Below, in pieces: positions 18,770 through 29,559 of a stretch of DNA of 64,000 nt (position 1 is its first letter; each line of letters begins with the position of its first letter). The DNA comes from Candidatus Latescibacterota bacterium (lineage in GTDB: Bacteria; Latescibacterota; UBA2968; GCA-2709665). The notes beneath the pieces are model-generated. The model saw nothing but the letters and a program-made list of their open reading frames with translations, did no database searches and was not told the origin of the DNA. The stretch is from NCBI GenBank assembly GCA_965237675.1, contig OZ250150.1:4192001-4256000 (forward strand). Direction: 5' to 3'. A program made the translations under genes and the position numbers.

Positions 18770-21700
18770 GTGAAGATCTCCGAATACGCCATACACAAAC
18801 CCATCACGGCGGTGATGCTAACCGTCAGTGTCGTGGTTCTAGGGGCAATCTCCCTCTTTCGCCTCCCGCTCGAGTATCTACCGGACATCACATTCCCCGT
18901 CATGTACGTCAATGTCGAGTACCCGTCTTCTTCGCCCGAGGAAATAGAGAGAGAGATTGTCAGACCGCTGGAAGAGGTGATGGGTACGCTTTCACACGTG
19001 AAGACCCTGAGTTCACGGTCTTACGCCAATCGGGGCTACGTTCGGCTGGAGTTTGAACTCAATACCGACATGGACCTCATGGCCGTCCACGTGCGGGATC
19101 GTCTCGATCAGGTTCGAAACGACATTCCCGACGACGTCGAGCGCATCACGATACGCCGATGGAACACCGAGGATTTCCCCGTGCTGACCTATGCGCTGAG
19201 TTGGCAGGGGAATGATCCGTCGGAATTTTCAAACGTCTACGAATACACCATTCTTCCACGCGTGCAGAGGCTGGAAGGCGTTGGGAGCGTGCAGGTACGG
19301 GGCCTGCGAGAGAAAGATCTGCTCATTGAAGTCGATCAGAACCTGCTACACACCCATAGACTGGACATACGGGCGCTCAACAGAGCGATCAGCTCTAATA
19401 ACGTCAATATTTCCGCCGGGTACGTCAACGAAGCCGAGAAACGTCTGGCCGTACGCACGATCGGTGAATTCGAGAATATCGACCAGATCCGGCGCCTTCC
19501 CCTGCGCTCCGGCGTCGAAGTGGGTGACGTGGCGGACGTTACCTACGACTTTCCGGAAGAGAAGAACTTCGAACGACTTGACGGCCTGGACGCGGTGACG
19601 ATTGAGATCCGCAAATCCTCCTCGGCCAACCTGGTAGCCACCGCGGATCGCGTCAAGGCCGAATTCGAGCAAATCCAAAGAGAAATCGGCGGTGACAAGC
19701 TTCGAATGCAGGCCATCCGCGACCGATCGTTAGACGTAACCTCGGGCATTCAAAGCCTCACGCAGTCCGCCGTTATTGGCGGACTTCTGGCCATCAGTGT
19801 TATCTTTGTCTTTCTGAGAAACTTTCGCAGCACCCTCATTATCGGATCCGCGATCCCTATTTCAGTCGTCGCCGTCTTTATGGTGATGTACGTGATTCGT
19901 CAGGTGTTTGGCTCCAACATTACCCTCAATCTCATGTCGATGATGGGCCTGATGGTCGCCATCGGAATGCTTGTCGACCCCGCGGTTGTCACGCTGGAGA
20001 ACATCTTTAGAAAACGGTACGATGAGGGCCAGACGCCCTGGAACGCCGCTCTGGATGGAAGCCGGGAAATCGGAATTCCCGTCCTTGCCGCTTCGCTGAC
20101 GACCATTTGTGTCTTTGTGCCCATCATCTTTGTAACCGACTCTCGCAGTGCCCTTTTTATGCGGGACTTCGCCCTCACGGTCTGTATTTCCGTTGGCGCG
20201 TCCTTCTGCGTGGCGCTTTCCCTGATCCCTCTGGCGGCCTCGCGGGCTTTCGACGACAGCCGCTCGCATCTGGACCGCTGGCTCAAAATCGCGCTGGTGC
20301 TCTTGTTCCTGGGTCTGGGCGCTTACAAGGTCTACGGTGACGGTCCGACAGCAATCGCCACATGGATGTGGGAAAGCGCAAAAAGCATGCTGGCCGGTCT
20401 GTCCGGCATACCCGCGGTGGCGTGGCTGTTTCTGGCTCTTCTGGTGACAGGTGTCACGAGCCTGGTTTATTTCGCCCGTATGGCCGGTGGAATCAAAGCC
20501 CTTTATTCACGCCTCGTCGTCACCACGCTTCGCTACAGATTGACCACGGTCGCAACCGCATGCGCGCTGCTGGGCGCGGGAGTCTATTTCTACACTCAGA
20601 TTGAAAAGCAGCCCTATCGCTGGCAACCCACCCGACGGGTTGACATTTCCGTCGAATTGCCGCGAAGCTACGACATCCAGGACGCGCTGGCCCTTTTTGA
20701 ACGGGTCGAGGGCATCCTGCTGCCGAAAAAGGACAACCTGGACATCGCGGCCATGAGCAGCCGGTTCAGCGACCGGAGAAGCAATCGCATCACGCTCTAT
20801 CTTGTTCCGCCCGACGAAGGCCGCCTCTCCACGGACGAGGTCAAAACCAAAGTCAAAGACCTGTTGCCCAATAATATCCCCGGCGTAAGGTTCAAGTCCG
20901 GAAGGAACTGGGGTAGCAGCTCCACCGGAGCCGGCGTTGAAATCAAGGGTCGAAACCCCGACGTACTTGCCATGCTGGCAGAGGACATCCGTCTGCGCCT
21001 GCAGGGTATTCGCGGGGTGCACGAAGTCGAAACCAGCCTGGAATCCGGCAACGAGGAGATTCGGGTAACCATCAACCGACGGCGTGCCAGGCGTTACGGG
21101 CTTACACCCTGGCAAGTTGCCACCACCGTTGCCAGTGCACTGGGAACGCGGGGCAATAGCAAGTTCAAGACCGAGAACGGCGAGATCGACATTGCCGTTC
21201 AGCTCAAGGAAGAGGACCGAGCCACCCTGGAGCAACTCAAAAACACGTACTTTGAGAGCGACGCGGGAAATATGGTCTCGTTTACCAGCCTGGCGGATTT
21301 CCGCGTCCAAAAGGGACCTCAGGCGCTTGAACGCGAGAACCGGATGTCCACCCTGACGGTATTTGCCAATACGGAACAGCAGGCCGTCTTCTCCGTCGGC
21401 CGTGAAATGAGCAGACGCATGCGCGCGATACCGCTTCCCGTGGGGTACTCTTGGCAAATGGACCGGCGCTTTCGCTGGATGAACCAGGAACAGGGAGAAA
21501 CCAACCTCACCATGATTTTCGCGATCCTCCTGGTCTATATGATCATGGCCGCCCTGTTCGAGTCCTACGCACACCCGTTTACAATAATGTTTTCCATCTG
21601 TTTCGCCTTCATCGGCGTTTCGTTCGGTCTATACGCCTTCAACATTCCGATGGATAGCAACGCCACCTATGGACTGCTCATACTCTTCGGCATCGTTGTG

Positions 21701-22036
21701 AACAACGGCATCGTCCTGGTCGATCACATCAACCGTTACCGGAAACAGGGCTTCTACCGTCGAGACGCCATTATCCGGGGCGGCCAGGACCGGCTCCGTC
21801 CCATTCTAATGACCGCGACCACCACCATTCTGGGCCTCACTCCACTGGTTTTGCCAATGATCTACGGCACGGCAGAAGGAACCGCGCGTCGCTGGGGCCC
21901 GATCGGATTTGTGGTTATCGCGGGGCTGATGGTCTCGACCATTCTCACGCTGATCATTCTGCCGACCATATATTCGCTCATAGACGATCTGGCGGCCTAC
22001 TTGAAGCGGACGGTCGCATCAGTGAGAGGCGTGTGA
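18770..22036 (+). CDS. RND efflux transporter permease (AcrB/AcrD/AcrF family)
   Basis: 1088 aa, LPLEYLPDITFP, TLIIGSAIPIS, GMLVDPAVVTLENI, ALFESYAHPFTI, GIVVNNGIVLVD and RLRPILMTA. Confidence 0.93.
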   Translation: MKISEYAIHKPITAVMLTVSVVVLGAISLFRLPLEYLPDITFPVMYVNVEYPSSSPEEIEREIVRPLEEVMGTLSHVKTLSSRSYANRGYVRLEFELNTDMDLMAVHVRDRLDQVRNDIPDDVERITIRRWNTEDFPVLTYALSWQGNDPSEFSNVYEYTILPRVQRLEGVGSVQVRGLREKDLLIEVDQNLLHTHRLDIRALNRAISSNNVNISAGYVNEAEKRLAVRTIGEFENIDQIRRLPLRSGVEVGDVADVTYDFPEEKNFERLDGLDAVTIEIRKSSSANLVATADRVKAEFEQIQREIGGDKLRMQAIRDRSLDVTSGIQSLTQSAVIGGLLAISVIFVFLRNFRSTLIIGSAIPISVVAVFMVMYVIRQVFGSNITLNLMSMMGLMVAIGMLVDPAVVTLENIFRKRYDEGQTPWNAALDGSREIGIPVLAASLTTICVFVPIIFVTDSRSALFMRDFALTVCISVGASFCVALSLIPLAASRAFDDSRSHLDRWLKIALVLLFLGLGAYKVYGDGPTAIATWMWESAKSMLAGLSGIPAVAWLFLALLVTGVTSLVYFARMAGGIKALYSRLVVTTLRYRLTTVATACALLGAGVYFYTQIEKQPYRWQPTRRVDISVELPRSYDIQDALALFERVEGILLPKKDNLDIAAMSSRFSDRRSNRITLYLVPPDEGRLSTDEVKTKVKDLLPNNIPGVRFKSGRNWGSSSTGAGVEIKGRNPDVLAMLAEDIRLRLQGIRGVHEVETSLESGNEEIRVTINRRRARRYGLTPWQVATTVASALGTRGNSKFKTENGEIDIAVQLKEEDRATLEQLKNTYFESDAGNMVSFTSLADFRVQKGPQALERENRMSTLTVFANTEQQAVFSVGREMSRRMRAIPLPVGYSWQMDRRFRWMNQEQGETNLTMIFAILLVYMIMAALFESYAHPFTIMFSICFAFIGVSFGLYAFNIPMDSNATYGLLILFGIVVNNGIVLVDHINRYRKQGFYRRDAIIRGGQDRLRPILMTATTTILGLTPLVLPMIYGTAEGTARRWGPIGFVVIAGLMVSTILTLIILPTIYSLIDDLAAYLKRTVASVRGV

Positions 22037-22707
22037 AACAAACTGCCGTTGTCCTGCTCAGCGGCGGATTGGACAGCTGCGTTACCGCGGCTGTGGCCGG
22101 CCGAAATTACGACCTCTCGTTTTCTTACCTCGACTACGGCCACCGCACAAACACCAGGGAACGCCGGGCGTTCAACGATATTGCCGACTATTACCAGGTC
22201 ACCGCCCACCGGCGCATGACCGCCCGATCGGACGCACTCGAACAAATCGGCGGCTCTGCGCTGACGGACCGCACCGTTCCCGTTCCGGACGCCGACATCG
22301 ACCGGAACGACATCCCCGCCACATACGTGCCCTTTCGAAACGCCCATCTTCTCAGCATGGGCGTTTCCTGGGCCGAATCCATTGGCGCGACGAGCGTTTA
22401 TCTGGGTGCCGTGGAAGAAGACAGTTCCGGATATCCCGACTGTACACGGGCGTTTTGCAACGCGTTCGCCCGGGCGGTCGATGCCGGCACGCGACCGGAA
22501 TCCCACATCAGAATCCTCACTCCGGTCATCCACCTGAAAAAGCACCAGATCGTCCGCCTGGGTGCGGAACTGGGCGCCCCGCTTCATCTCACCTGGTCGT
22601 GCTACCGAAACAGCGACCGCGCCTGCGGTCGCTGCGATAGCTGCATCCTGCGTCTGAGTGCGTTCGAAACAGCCGGTATCCCGGATCCCATCCCCTACGA
22701 ATCCTGA
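22033..22707 (+). CDS. queC: 7-cyano-7-deazaguanine synthase
   Basis: PP-loop SGGLDS, TYVPFRN, GYPDC and TWSCY...ACGRCDSCILR; GTGA overlap with the RND stop. Confidence 0.96.
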   Translation: MKQTAVVLLSGGLDSCVTAAVAGRNYDLSFSYLDYGHRTNTRERRAFNDIADYYQVTAHRRMTARSDALEQIGGSALTDRTVPVPDADIDRNDIPATYVPFRNAHLLSMGVSWAESIGATSVYLGAVEEDSSGYPDCTRAFCNAFARAVDAGTRPESHIRILTPVIHLKKHQIVRLGAELGAPLHLTWSCYRNSDRACGRCDSCILRLSAFETAGIPDPIPYES

Positions 22708-22736
22708 GAACGTCGGCCGTCCAAAACGGTTATTTG

Positions 22737-23886
22737 TTACTGACCGGGATCAATCTCCTTCAAGAACCGCTTCTCGCCGTTCCTGATGGTTATGATTACC
22801 GCACTTTTGGTTGGATGGCGGCTTTCATTGTAGTGTGCGATACGCGTTGCGCCCGCGTAGTTTCGTGTTGCCGCCAACTGCTCTCGTATTGCATCGGCAT
22901 CGAATCTTCCCGCCCGGTCTACGACCTCCAGGAGCAGCCTGACCGCATCGTAACTCACCGCGTCTCCACCCCCGGGCACGGCGCCGTATGCGGCTTCGTA
23001 GGCATCAATGAACGCGCGTGCGCCCGGTTCATCGCGTGTGGGATGAAAAGTGACTCGTGAAGTAGCTGCCTTCCACCTCGAGGGTCGCACTTTCTAATAG
23101 AGCTTGATTGTCCCACGCGTCGGCCCCAAGAAATAACGCTGGTTCTCCGGATGCGTTCTGAAGCGGGAGGGCCCTCGATTGTCTGGCCACAAGGGCCACG
23201 TCCTGCGCGAGCCCGGAGATAAGGAACGCTTCGGGTCTGGCGGCGGCGATGCGGGCGAGTTGTTCCTCGAACACCGTATCGCCGCTTTCGTAGAACTCAT
23301 CCGCGACGACCGTACCGCCGATTTCCGTGAAGCGGGAAACGAAGAATTCCGAAATGCCCTCGGTATAAACGTCGTCCTTCAGGGTCAGGATCGCGACCGA
23401 GGTCACACCGAGATCCTCCCTGGCAAAACGGGCAAGGACGAGCCCCTGGAACCGATCTGTAAATGCCGCCATAAACACGAAATCGCCGGCTTTTGTCACG
23501 TCGGGGTTGGTGGCGGCCGTCGTGATCATCGGCAGGCGCTCGCGTTGCGCGACGGCACCCACCTCCACCGCATGGGTCGAGCGATTGGGACCGATGAACG
23601 CGATGACGTCGTGCGTGCGAATCATCCATTCGGCCGCCTCGACGGCCACGGCCGCGTCCTCGATGTCAGTCCGGACAACCAATTCAATCGATCGACCGAG
23701 CAACCCGCCGCCGCGGTTGAATTCGTCGATGGCGACCGTGGCCGCATCCGCATAGGAAGCACGGTCTCCTGAAGCGAGAAACCCGATCCTGACGGAATCC
23801 TGCGGCGCCGGCTCCTGTGTCTTGTTACAGCCCAGCCCAAGAACCAGCGATAACAGGCAGGCGACACACTTAAATCTGAATGTCAT
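22737..23886 (-). pseudogene. Branched-chain amino-acid ABC substrate-binding lipoprotein (LivJ/K-like), split by a +1 frameshift near 23047
   Basis: Lipobox LGLGC, GGLLGRSIELV and FMAAFTDRFQG. The first frame ends YFTSHFSSHTR*. Removing one T from a TTTT run gives SHFHPTRDEPGARAFIDAYEAAYG...YDAVRLL and a normal C-terminus. Confidence 0.8.
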
Positions 23887-24164
23887 ATCTTGTCCGATCG
23901 CCTTGAACGGACGGGCAACGGAGAGTATCAAAAAAAACCTTCCCGTTCATTGACAACTCAGAAGGCGCATAAACATGAACAACACCCCTTCCCGAACGTT
24001 AAGGATGCGGACCGGCAGGACTGTCGTTCCATCATGTTTGATGATATCAATAGAACCGCGAAAAGCCCCTTCTCCGCCGACTGTGCGGAAACCCACGCAG
24101 TCCGGCAACAATTCAACCTCGATACCCGGTTACGGAAGATCCTGTCAACGTGGACGCGCCCGCA

Positions 24165-25532
24165 CTAACTCGCCCCTGCAAGCGCTTCATCCATCATCGA
24201 CCGTCTTTCATTCAGATCCATCCAGCGCTTTTGAATATCTGGCGACAGGCAGTCGATGGGATCGAAATAGAAGAAATGCACTCCCGGTCGTACAGTGGGG
24301 CTGGCAAAAACCGCAATGCCCGTTTCTTCGTTGTAATATTCGTAGGAATGCCCGTCTCGCTTTCCACCGCCGCCCAGTGTGTCCACAATGAAGGTTGGCG
24401 TGTTGAATCCGGCCGTCGCGCCACGCAGGGCCTTCTCAATGTCAAGACCGGCGTGCAGCGTTGTCCGCAGATCCTCGACCCCCTGCACCAGATCGTGGAA
24501 AAATACATAATAGGGCTGTACATTCAGGTAACTCAACCGCTTTACCAGCTGCTTCATTGTCTGCGCATCATCGTTGACGCCCCGTTGAAGCACCGCCTGA
24601 TTTCGTACCGTTACCCCCCGCTCCATCAGCAGGTTCATCGCATCCTGCGTGACTCCGGTTATCTCATTAGGGTGGTTGAAGTGGGTATGCATCACCACTT
24701 CCTTGTGCATTTTGCGCCCGCGGTCCACCACTCCTACGAGCGCTTCCACCCAATCGACGTCGCTCAAGAGCTTGCCGGGCATGACCGCAGGACCCTTGGT
24801 TGCAAAACGAAACCGCCGAATATGCGGTATGTCCAGCAGCGTCTCGCCCACGTCCCGAATCTGCTCTGCCCTGAGGTTGTATACGTCGCCGCCGCTGACA
24901 ACCACATCCTCCACCTCCGGACGCGACCTCAAGTAGTCGAACACCTGATTCCAGCGTCGCCTATTGGCGCTCAGATGGACCTTTTCCACGCCATCCGTAT
25001 CGAGCCCCACGGCGTAGCTGCGCGTGCAGAAACGGCAGTAGACCGGACAGGTATCCAGCGTTAGAAAAAGCGCCCTGTCGGGATATCGGTGGGTAAGACC
25101 CGGAATGGGAGAATCGCCCTGCTCGTTCAGCGAATCCAGGTAAAGTTCGGGGTGGTCCGGCAACTGTTGCGAGGCCAACGGCAAAAACTGGGTTCGCAAC
25201 GGATCCTCGTACGGATCATCCCAGTTGATCAGGCTCAGGATATAAGGTGAAATCCGTATACTCATCGGCGCCCACCGTAACCCGTCGCGCAGGTCTTCGT
25301 AAAAGCCGGGCCCGACGCGTCCGCCCAGGACTTCCTGCAGGCTTTCCACGCTTGTGGGTGAATTGCGGGCCTGAAAAAGGTGGGAGTGAAACGTCTCTGC
25401 GTCCACATTCGCGTATGCCGGAATCGTCTTCCAGAACGCGTCCCTGCGTAGCTGGCGATGTGCAAGCGCGGCTTCCTGTTCCGCCACACCTGCCGTAGCG
25501 CCATTGGCGACATCAACCTCTGCGGTCTCCAT
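24165..25532 (-). CDS. KamA-family radical SAM protein (lysine 2,3-aminomutase-like)
   Basis: GLTHRYPDRAL, CPVYCRFCTR, VVVSGGD, THFNHPNEIT, VRNQAVLQRGVND and GGGGK (PLP lysine). Confidence 0.92.
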   Translation of the reverse strand: METAEVDVANGATAGVAEQEAALAHRQLRRDAFWKTIPAYANVDAETFHSHLFQARNSPTSVESLQEVLGGRVGPGFYEDLRDGLRWAPMSIRISPYILSLINWDDPYEDPLRTQFLPLASQQLPDHPELYLDSLNEQGDSPIPGLTHRYPDRALFLTLDTCPVYCRFCTRSYAVGLDTDGVEKVHLSANRRRWNQVFDYLRSRPEVEDVVVSGGDVYNLRAEQIRDVGETLLDIPHIRRFRFATKGPAVMPGKLLSDVDWVEALVGVVDRGRKMHKEVVMHTHFNHPNEITGVTQDAMNLLMERGVTVRNQAVLQRGVNDDAQTMKQLVKRLSYLNVQPYYVFFHDLVQGVEDLRTTLHAGLDIEKALRGATAGFNTPTFIVDTLGGGGKRDGHSYEYYNEETGIAVFASPTVRPGVHFFYFDPIDCLSPDIQKRWMDLNERRSMMDEALAGAS

Positions 25533-25871
25533 ACCTGACTCTATTCCTCTTCCGTAGGATGTCGAATTGTCACTTGGGGCTGCGCGGTATGTCTTTTTTA
25601 GGCGGATATTTCATCACGTCGCCTGTCTTCGTCGAATCAAACGGATGCACATTGCGGCGATGCCGTCCGTTGCGTGTCGCTCCGCGAAGGATTCTCTACG
25701 CGTCGAGAACCACTCGAAACAACATATGATATCATCCTTGCGATTATTGTCAAGGGTTTTCCGGCGTCGGCTCCCGGTTCCCGAAAAATCCGCTTGTTCA
25801 GACTTTTTATCCTGCTTATATTTCACAAGTTAGAGAAAGTTCCCTCCTTTACGAAGATCCAACCACAAACC

Positions 25872-28634
25872 ATGTCAAAACGAGCCCTCAAGTTTCTTCT
25901 TCCCCTGGCCGGATTGCTTCTGGGATACACAGGCCTTCGCCTGATTGTCTACTTCTATACCGACTGGCTCTGGTTCCAGAACCTCGGATACGGATCCGTC
26001 CTGGTGACCACCGCCATGGCCCGCCTTCTCGCCCTTTTCGCCTTTGGAACCACCTTTGCCGTCATGGCGGCCGTCAACATCGGTATTGCACGCAAGTATG
26101 GCCGGCACACCCGAGAGACGCCTCTTGAAGTCATTGCAGACGAAGCCGAACCGGTGCTGCCGGAACGACGCAAGCGCCAGTTCCTCCTCTGGTCCGGCAC
26201 AATCGCCCTGTTGGCCGGCGTAACCGGCTTGATCGGCGCCGCGGCCTGGATACCGCTGCTGCGCTACTTCTATCCCATTCCTTTCGGTTTCACCGACCCT
26301 GTATTTCACAACGATCTCAGCTTTTACTTCTTCAACCTGCCGGCGTACAACTTTGTACAGGGCTGGCTGGCATTCGCCGTTATCCTTAACATCACCCTTG
26401 TCATCTTCTCCTATCACCAGGACCGCGCCCTGCGGAAAGCAAAACGAGGCTGGTCCTGTGCCCCGTATGTCCGTGCCCACCTCTCCGCCCTGACGGCGGT
26501 TCTTGCACTCGTCTGCGCCTGGTGGTACTGGCTCAAGGAATACGAAATCCTCTATTCCTATCGCAAAGACACCTTCTTCGGCGCCGGATATACAGACGTC
26601 CATGTTCAGGTGTTCGTCTACCGGTCGATGATGGTTCTCTCCATCCTTCTCGGCGCTCTGCTGATATACAACCTTCGCGATAAAAAGTGGTGGCCGATCG
26701 TCTACGGCGGCAGCGCCTATTTCTCGGCAATTCTGATGCTCAGCTGGCTATTTCCAATTCTCTTTGAGCAATTCGTGGTCAAACCCGACGAATTGCGACT
26801 GGAGGAACCCTATATTCGCCGGACCATTGAATACACGCAGAGAGCGTACGGGCTGGATCGAATCGAAGAGGTGCCGTTTCCGGCGGAATCCGATCTGGAT
26901 TTCGACGATATTCGAAACAATCTGCCCACAATCCGCAGCATCCCCCTATGGGACCGCCGGCCCCTGCTTGCAACCTACAGCCAGCTACAGGAGATTCGGT
27001 CCTATTATCGTTTCGGCAGTATCGACGTGGACCGCTATTCCATCAACGGCGAATACAAGCAAGTGATGGTCGCCGCCCGCGAATTCTCGCGAGACCAGAT
27101 GCCAATACAGGGGAAAACCTGGGTCAACCGCCACCTGGTCTACACTCACGGTTACGGATTCTGCATGAGCCCGGCGAATGAAATTAGCGAAGAGGGCCTG
27201 CCGAAATTCTATGTCAAGGACATTCCGCCCAGCGGCGTGGTGGACATCCAGGTCGATCGCCCGGAGATCTACTATGGCGAAGCGATGCAGGATTATGTGA
27301 TTGTCAATACCAGAACAGAAGAGTTCGATTACCCCCGCGGCGACGAAAACGCCTACACCACCTACGGCGGTGCCGGCGGCGTACCGGTCAATTCATTCTT
27401 TCGCCGGCTGTTGTTCGCCATGCGCTTCGGCGATCCGTATCTGCTGGTCACGAAGAACCTGAAGCCCGGAAGTCGAATACAATTCGACCGGCACATCGGT
27501 CGTCGTTTTCGGGACGAAGGCCCCCGGCGTTTCCAAAAACTGGCGCCATATCTCCGATTCGACGAAGACCCCTATCTCGTCACCGTGAACGGACGTCTTG
27601 TCTGGATACAGGACGCGTATACCGAAAGCAACATGTACCCCTACGCCGAGCCTTACGGCAGGCCCTACGTACGCAAAGCCAACTACATCCGCAACGCCGT
27701 CAAGGCCACCCTCGATGCCTATGACGGCACCGTCACGTTTTACGTCTGGGATACGGACGATCCGCTCATCCGCTCCTACATGGAAATCTTCCCGGATCTC
27801 TTTCGGCCCAAGGAGGACATGCCGGAAGCCCTCCGCGCCCACGTTCGATACCCTGCAGACCTGTTTAAAATTCAGGCGTCTCTGTACAACACCTACCATA
27901 TGGCCTCGCCTCAAGTTTTTTACAACCGTGAAGACGTCTGGGAACCGGCCATGGAAATCTACGGGGTCTCCGAACGCCCGCGGGTCATGGCCCCCTATTA
28001 CATCATCGTCAAATTGCCGGACGCCCAGCAAGAGGAATTCGTTTTGATGCTGCCGGCCACCCCCGCCGGCAAAGCCAACATGATCGCGTGGCTTCTCGCA
28101 AGATGCGACGGCCCGAACTATGGCCGGCTTATGGTGTACAAGCTACCCAAGAAGAAACTCATTTACGGTCCCCTGCTGATCGAACGCCGTATCGACCAGG
28201 ATACGGAAGTCTCACGGGAAATTACCCTCTGGAGTCAGCGAGGTTCGGACGTGCTCCGGGGAAACCTTCTGGTGATTCCCATCGAAAAAGGTTTTATCTA
28301 CGTTGAACCGCTTTACCTGCGAGCCACCCAGAGCGGTATGCCGGAACTGAAGCGGGTATTGGTGGCGCACGGCGAACGACTCGCTATGGCCAAAAACCTC
28401 GACCGGGCGCTGGCCATGGTCTTCAACGAGCGGGGAGCCGTCCCGGACCTCGAACCCCGCCATACCCTGACAACACCGGGTTTACGAATTCTGAGCCAAA
28501 CCGCACTGACGCAGTTTGACTCGGCACAGTCCCGACTTCGAAAGGGCGACTTCACGGGTTACGGCGAAGCCGTTCAAAGCCTGCGGAAGACCCTTCAGCA
28601 ACTGCTGTCACAGGCGGAATCAGAGGAAAAGTAA
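25872..28634 (+). CDS. UPF0182 family membrane protein
   Basis: YTDWLWFQNLGY, DPVFHNDLSFYFF, GAGYTDVH, QLQEIRSYY, WVNRHLVYTHGYG, NYIRNAVKATLDAYDG and GNLLVIPI...YVEPLY. Confidence 0.93.
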   Translation: MSKRALKFLLPLAGLLLGYTGLRLIVYFYTDWLWFQNLGYGSVLVTTAMARLLALFAFGTTFAVMAAVNIGIARKYGRHTRETPLEVIADEAEPVLPERRKRQFLLWSGTIALLAGVTGLIGAAAWIPLLRYFYPIPFGFTDPVFHNDLSFYFFNLPAYNFVQGWLAFAVILNITLVIFSYHQDRALRKAKRGWSCAPYVRAHLSALTAVLALVCAWWYWLKEYEILYSYRKDTFFGAGYTDVHVQVFVYRSMMVLSILLGALLIYNLRDKKWWPIVYGGSAYFSAILMLSWLFPILFEQFVVKPDELRLEEPYIRRTIEYTQRAYGLDRIEEVPFPAESDLDFDDIRNNLPTIRSIPLWDRRPLLATYSQLQEIRSYYRFGSIDVDRYSINGEYKQVMVAAREFSRDQMPIQGKTWVNRHLVYTHGYGFCMSPANEISEEGLPKFYVKDIPPSGVVDIQVDRPEIYYGEAMQDYVIVNTRTEEFDYPRGDENAYTTYGGAGGVPVNSFFRRLLFAMRFGDPYLLVTKNLKPGSRIQFDRHIGRRFRDEGPRRFQKLAPYLRFDEDPYLVTVNGRLVWIQDAYTESNMYPYAEPYGRPYVRKANYIRNAVKATLDAYDGTVTFYVWDTDDPLIRSYMEIFPDLFRPKEDMPEALRAHVRYPADLFKIQASLYNTYHMASPQVFYNREDVWEPAMEIYGVSERPRVMAPYYIIVKLPDAQQEEFVLMLPATPAGKANMIAWLLARCDGPNYGRLMVYKLPKKKLIYGPLLIERRIDQDTEVSREITLWSQRGSDVLRGNLLVIPIEKGFIYVEPLYLRATQSGMPELKRVLVAHGERLAMAKNLDRALAMVFNERGAVPDLEPRHTLTTPGLRILSQTALTQFDSAQSRLRKGDFTGYGEAVQSLRKTLQQLLSQAESEEK

Positions 28635-28638
28635 AAGG

Positions 28639-29553
28639 ATGCCGGATATCAACTTGTCCGAATGGGCTTCGCTGGCAACAGAACAACGAAATCCTGCCAG
28701 CGCGCGCATCGACGAAGCCCCCACCCTGCGGATCCTCGAGGTCCTCAACGCGGAAGACCACAGGGTACCGCAGGCGGTGAACGCCGTTCTGTCGCAGGTC
28801 TCGGAGGCCGTCGACCTTGTGGTCCGGGCGATCCGGAACGGCGGCCGGCTCTTCTATGTCGGCGCCGGAACCAGCGGCCGGCTCGGTGTCATGGATGCCG
28901 CCGAGTGCCCGCCCACGTTTGGGACCCCGCCTGAAACCGTGCAGGGCATTATCGCGGGCGGCGACGGCGCGCTCCTCCGTGCCGCTGAACGCGCCGAGGA
29001 CCGGCCGGAAGACGGCGCGTCTGAACTACGCCGCCGGCATCTGTCGGCAAGAGATATCGTCATGGGTATCGCCGCCAGCGGTGTGACACCCTTTGTGCTG
29101 GGCGCGCTCGCGTACGCCCGTCGTCAGGGCGCGGCAACCCTCTTTTTCGCCTGTAACCCGGACGCGGCAGATCGGGTCGACGCGAAGATCAAGATTGTGC
29201 CGGAAGTCGGCCCGGAAGCCATCACGGGTTCCACCCGCTTGAAGGCTGGAACCGCCACCAAACTGGTGCTTAACATGATCACCACCGCGGCCATGGTCAA
29301 GCTGGGCAAGGTGTACGGAAATTTGATGGTCGATCTGACACCCACGTGCGCAAAACTGAACGACCGCGCACAACGGATCCTGATGGAAACAACAGGACTC
29401 TCCCGGGCAGCGAGCAAGGGGTTGCTCGCCGCGGCCGGCGACCTCAAGACCGCCATCGTCATGTCAAAACGGGCCGTCTCAAGGGAGACGGCCCGTCGGT
29501 TGCTCGCGAAGAACGACGGCATCGTGAAACTCGCGCTGGCGGATAGACCCTGA
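28639..29553 (+). CDS. murQ: N-acetylmuramic acid 6-phosphate etherase
   Basis: TEQRNP, GAGTSGRLGVMDAAECPPTFG, GPEAITGSTRLKAGTATKLVLNMIT and GKVYGNLMVD. Confidence 0.96.
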   Translation: MPDINLSEWASLATEQRNPASARIDEAPTLRILEVLNAEDHRVPQAVNAVLSQVSEAVDLVVRAIRNGGRLFYVGAGTSGRLGVMDAAECPPTFGTPPETVQGIIAGGDGALLRAAERAEDRPEDGASELRRRHLSARDIVMGIAASGVTPFVLGALAYARRQGAATLFFACNPDAADRVDAKIKIVPEVGPEAITGSTRLKAGTATKLVLNMITTAAMVKLGKVYGNLMVDLTPTCAKLNDRAQRILMETTGLSRAASKGLLAAAGDLKTAIVMSKRAVSRETARRLLAKNDGIVKLALADRP

Positions 29554-29559
29554 TTGGAA

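Noticed and set aside
22033-22707. QueC-based defence (Dpd, QatABCD, CBASS type IV)
   Set aside because: Canonical-length housekeeping QueC without TGT/DpdA, TatD or CD-NTase neighbours.
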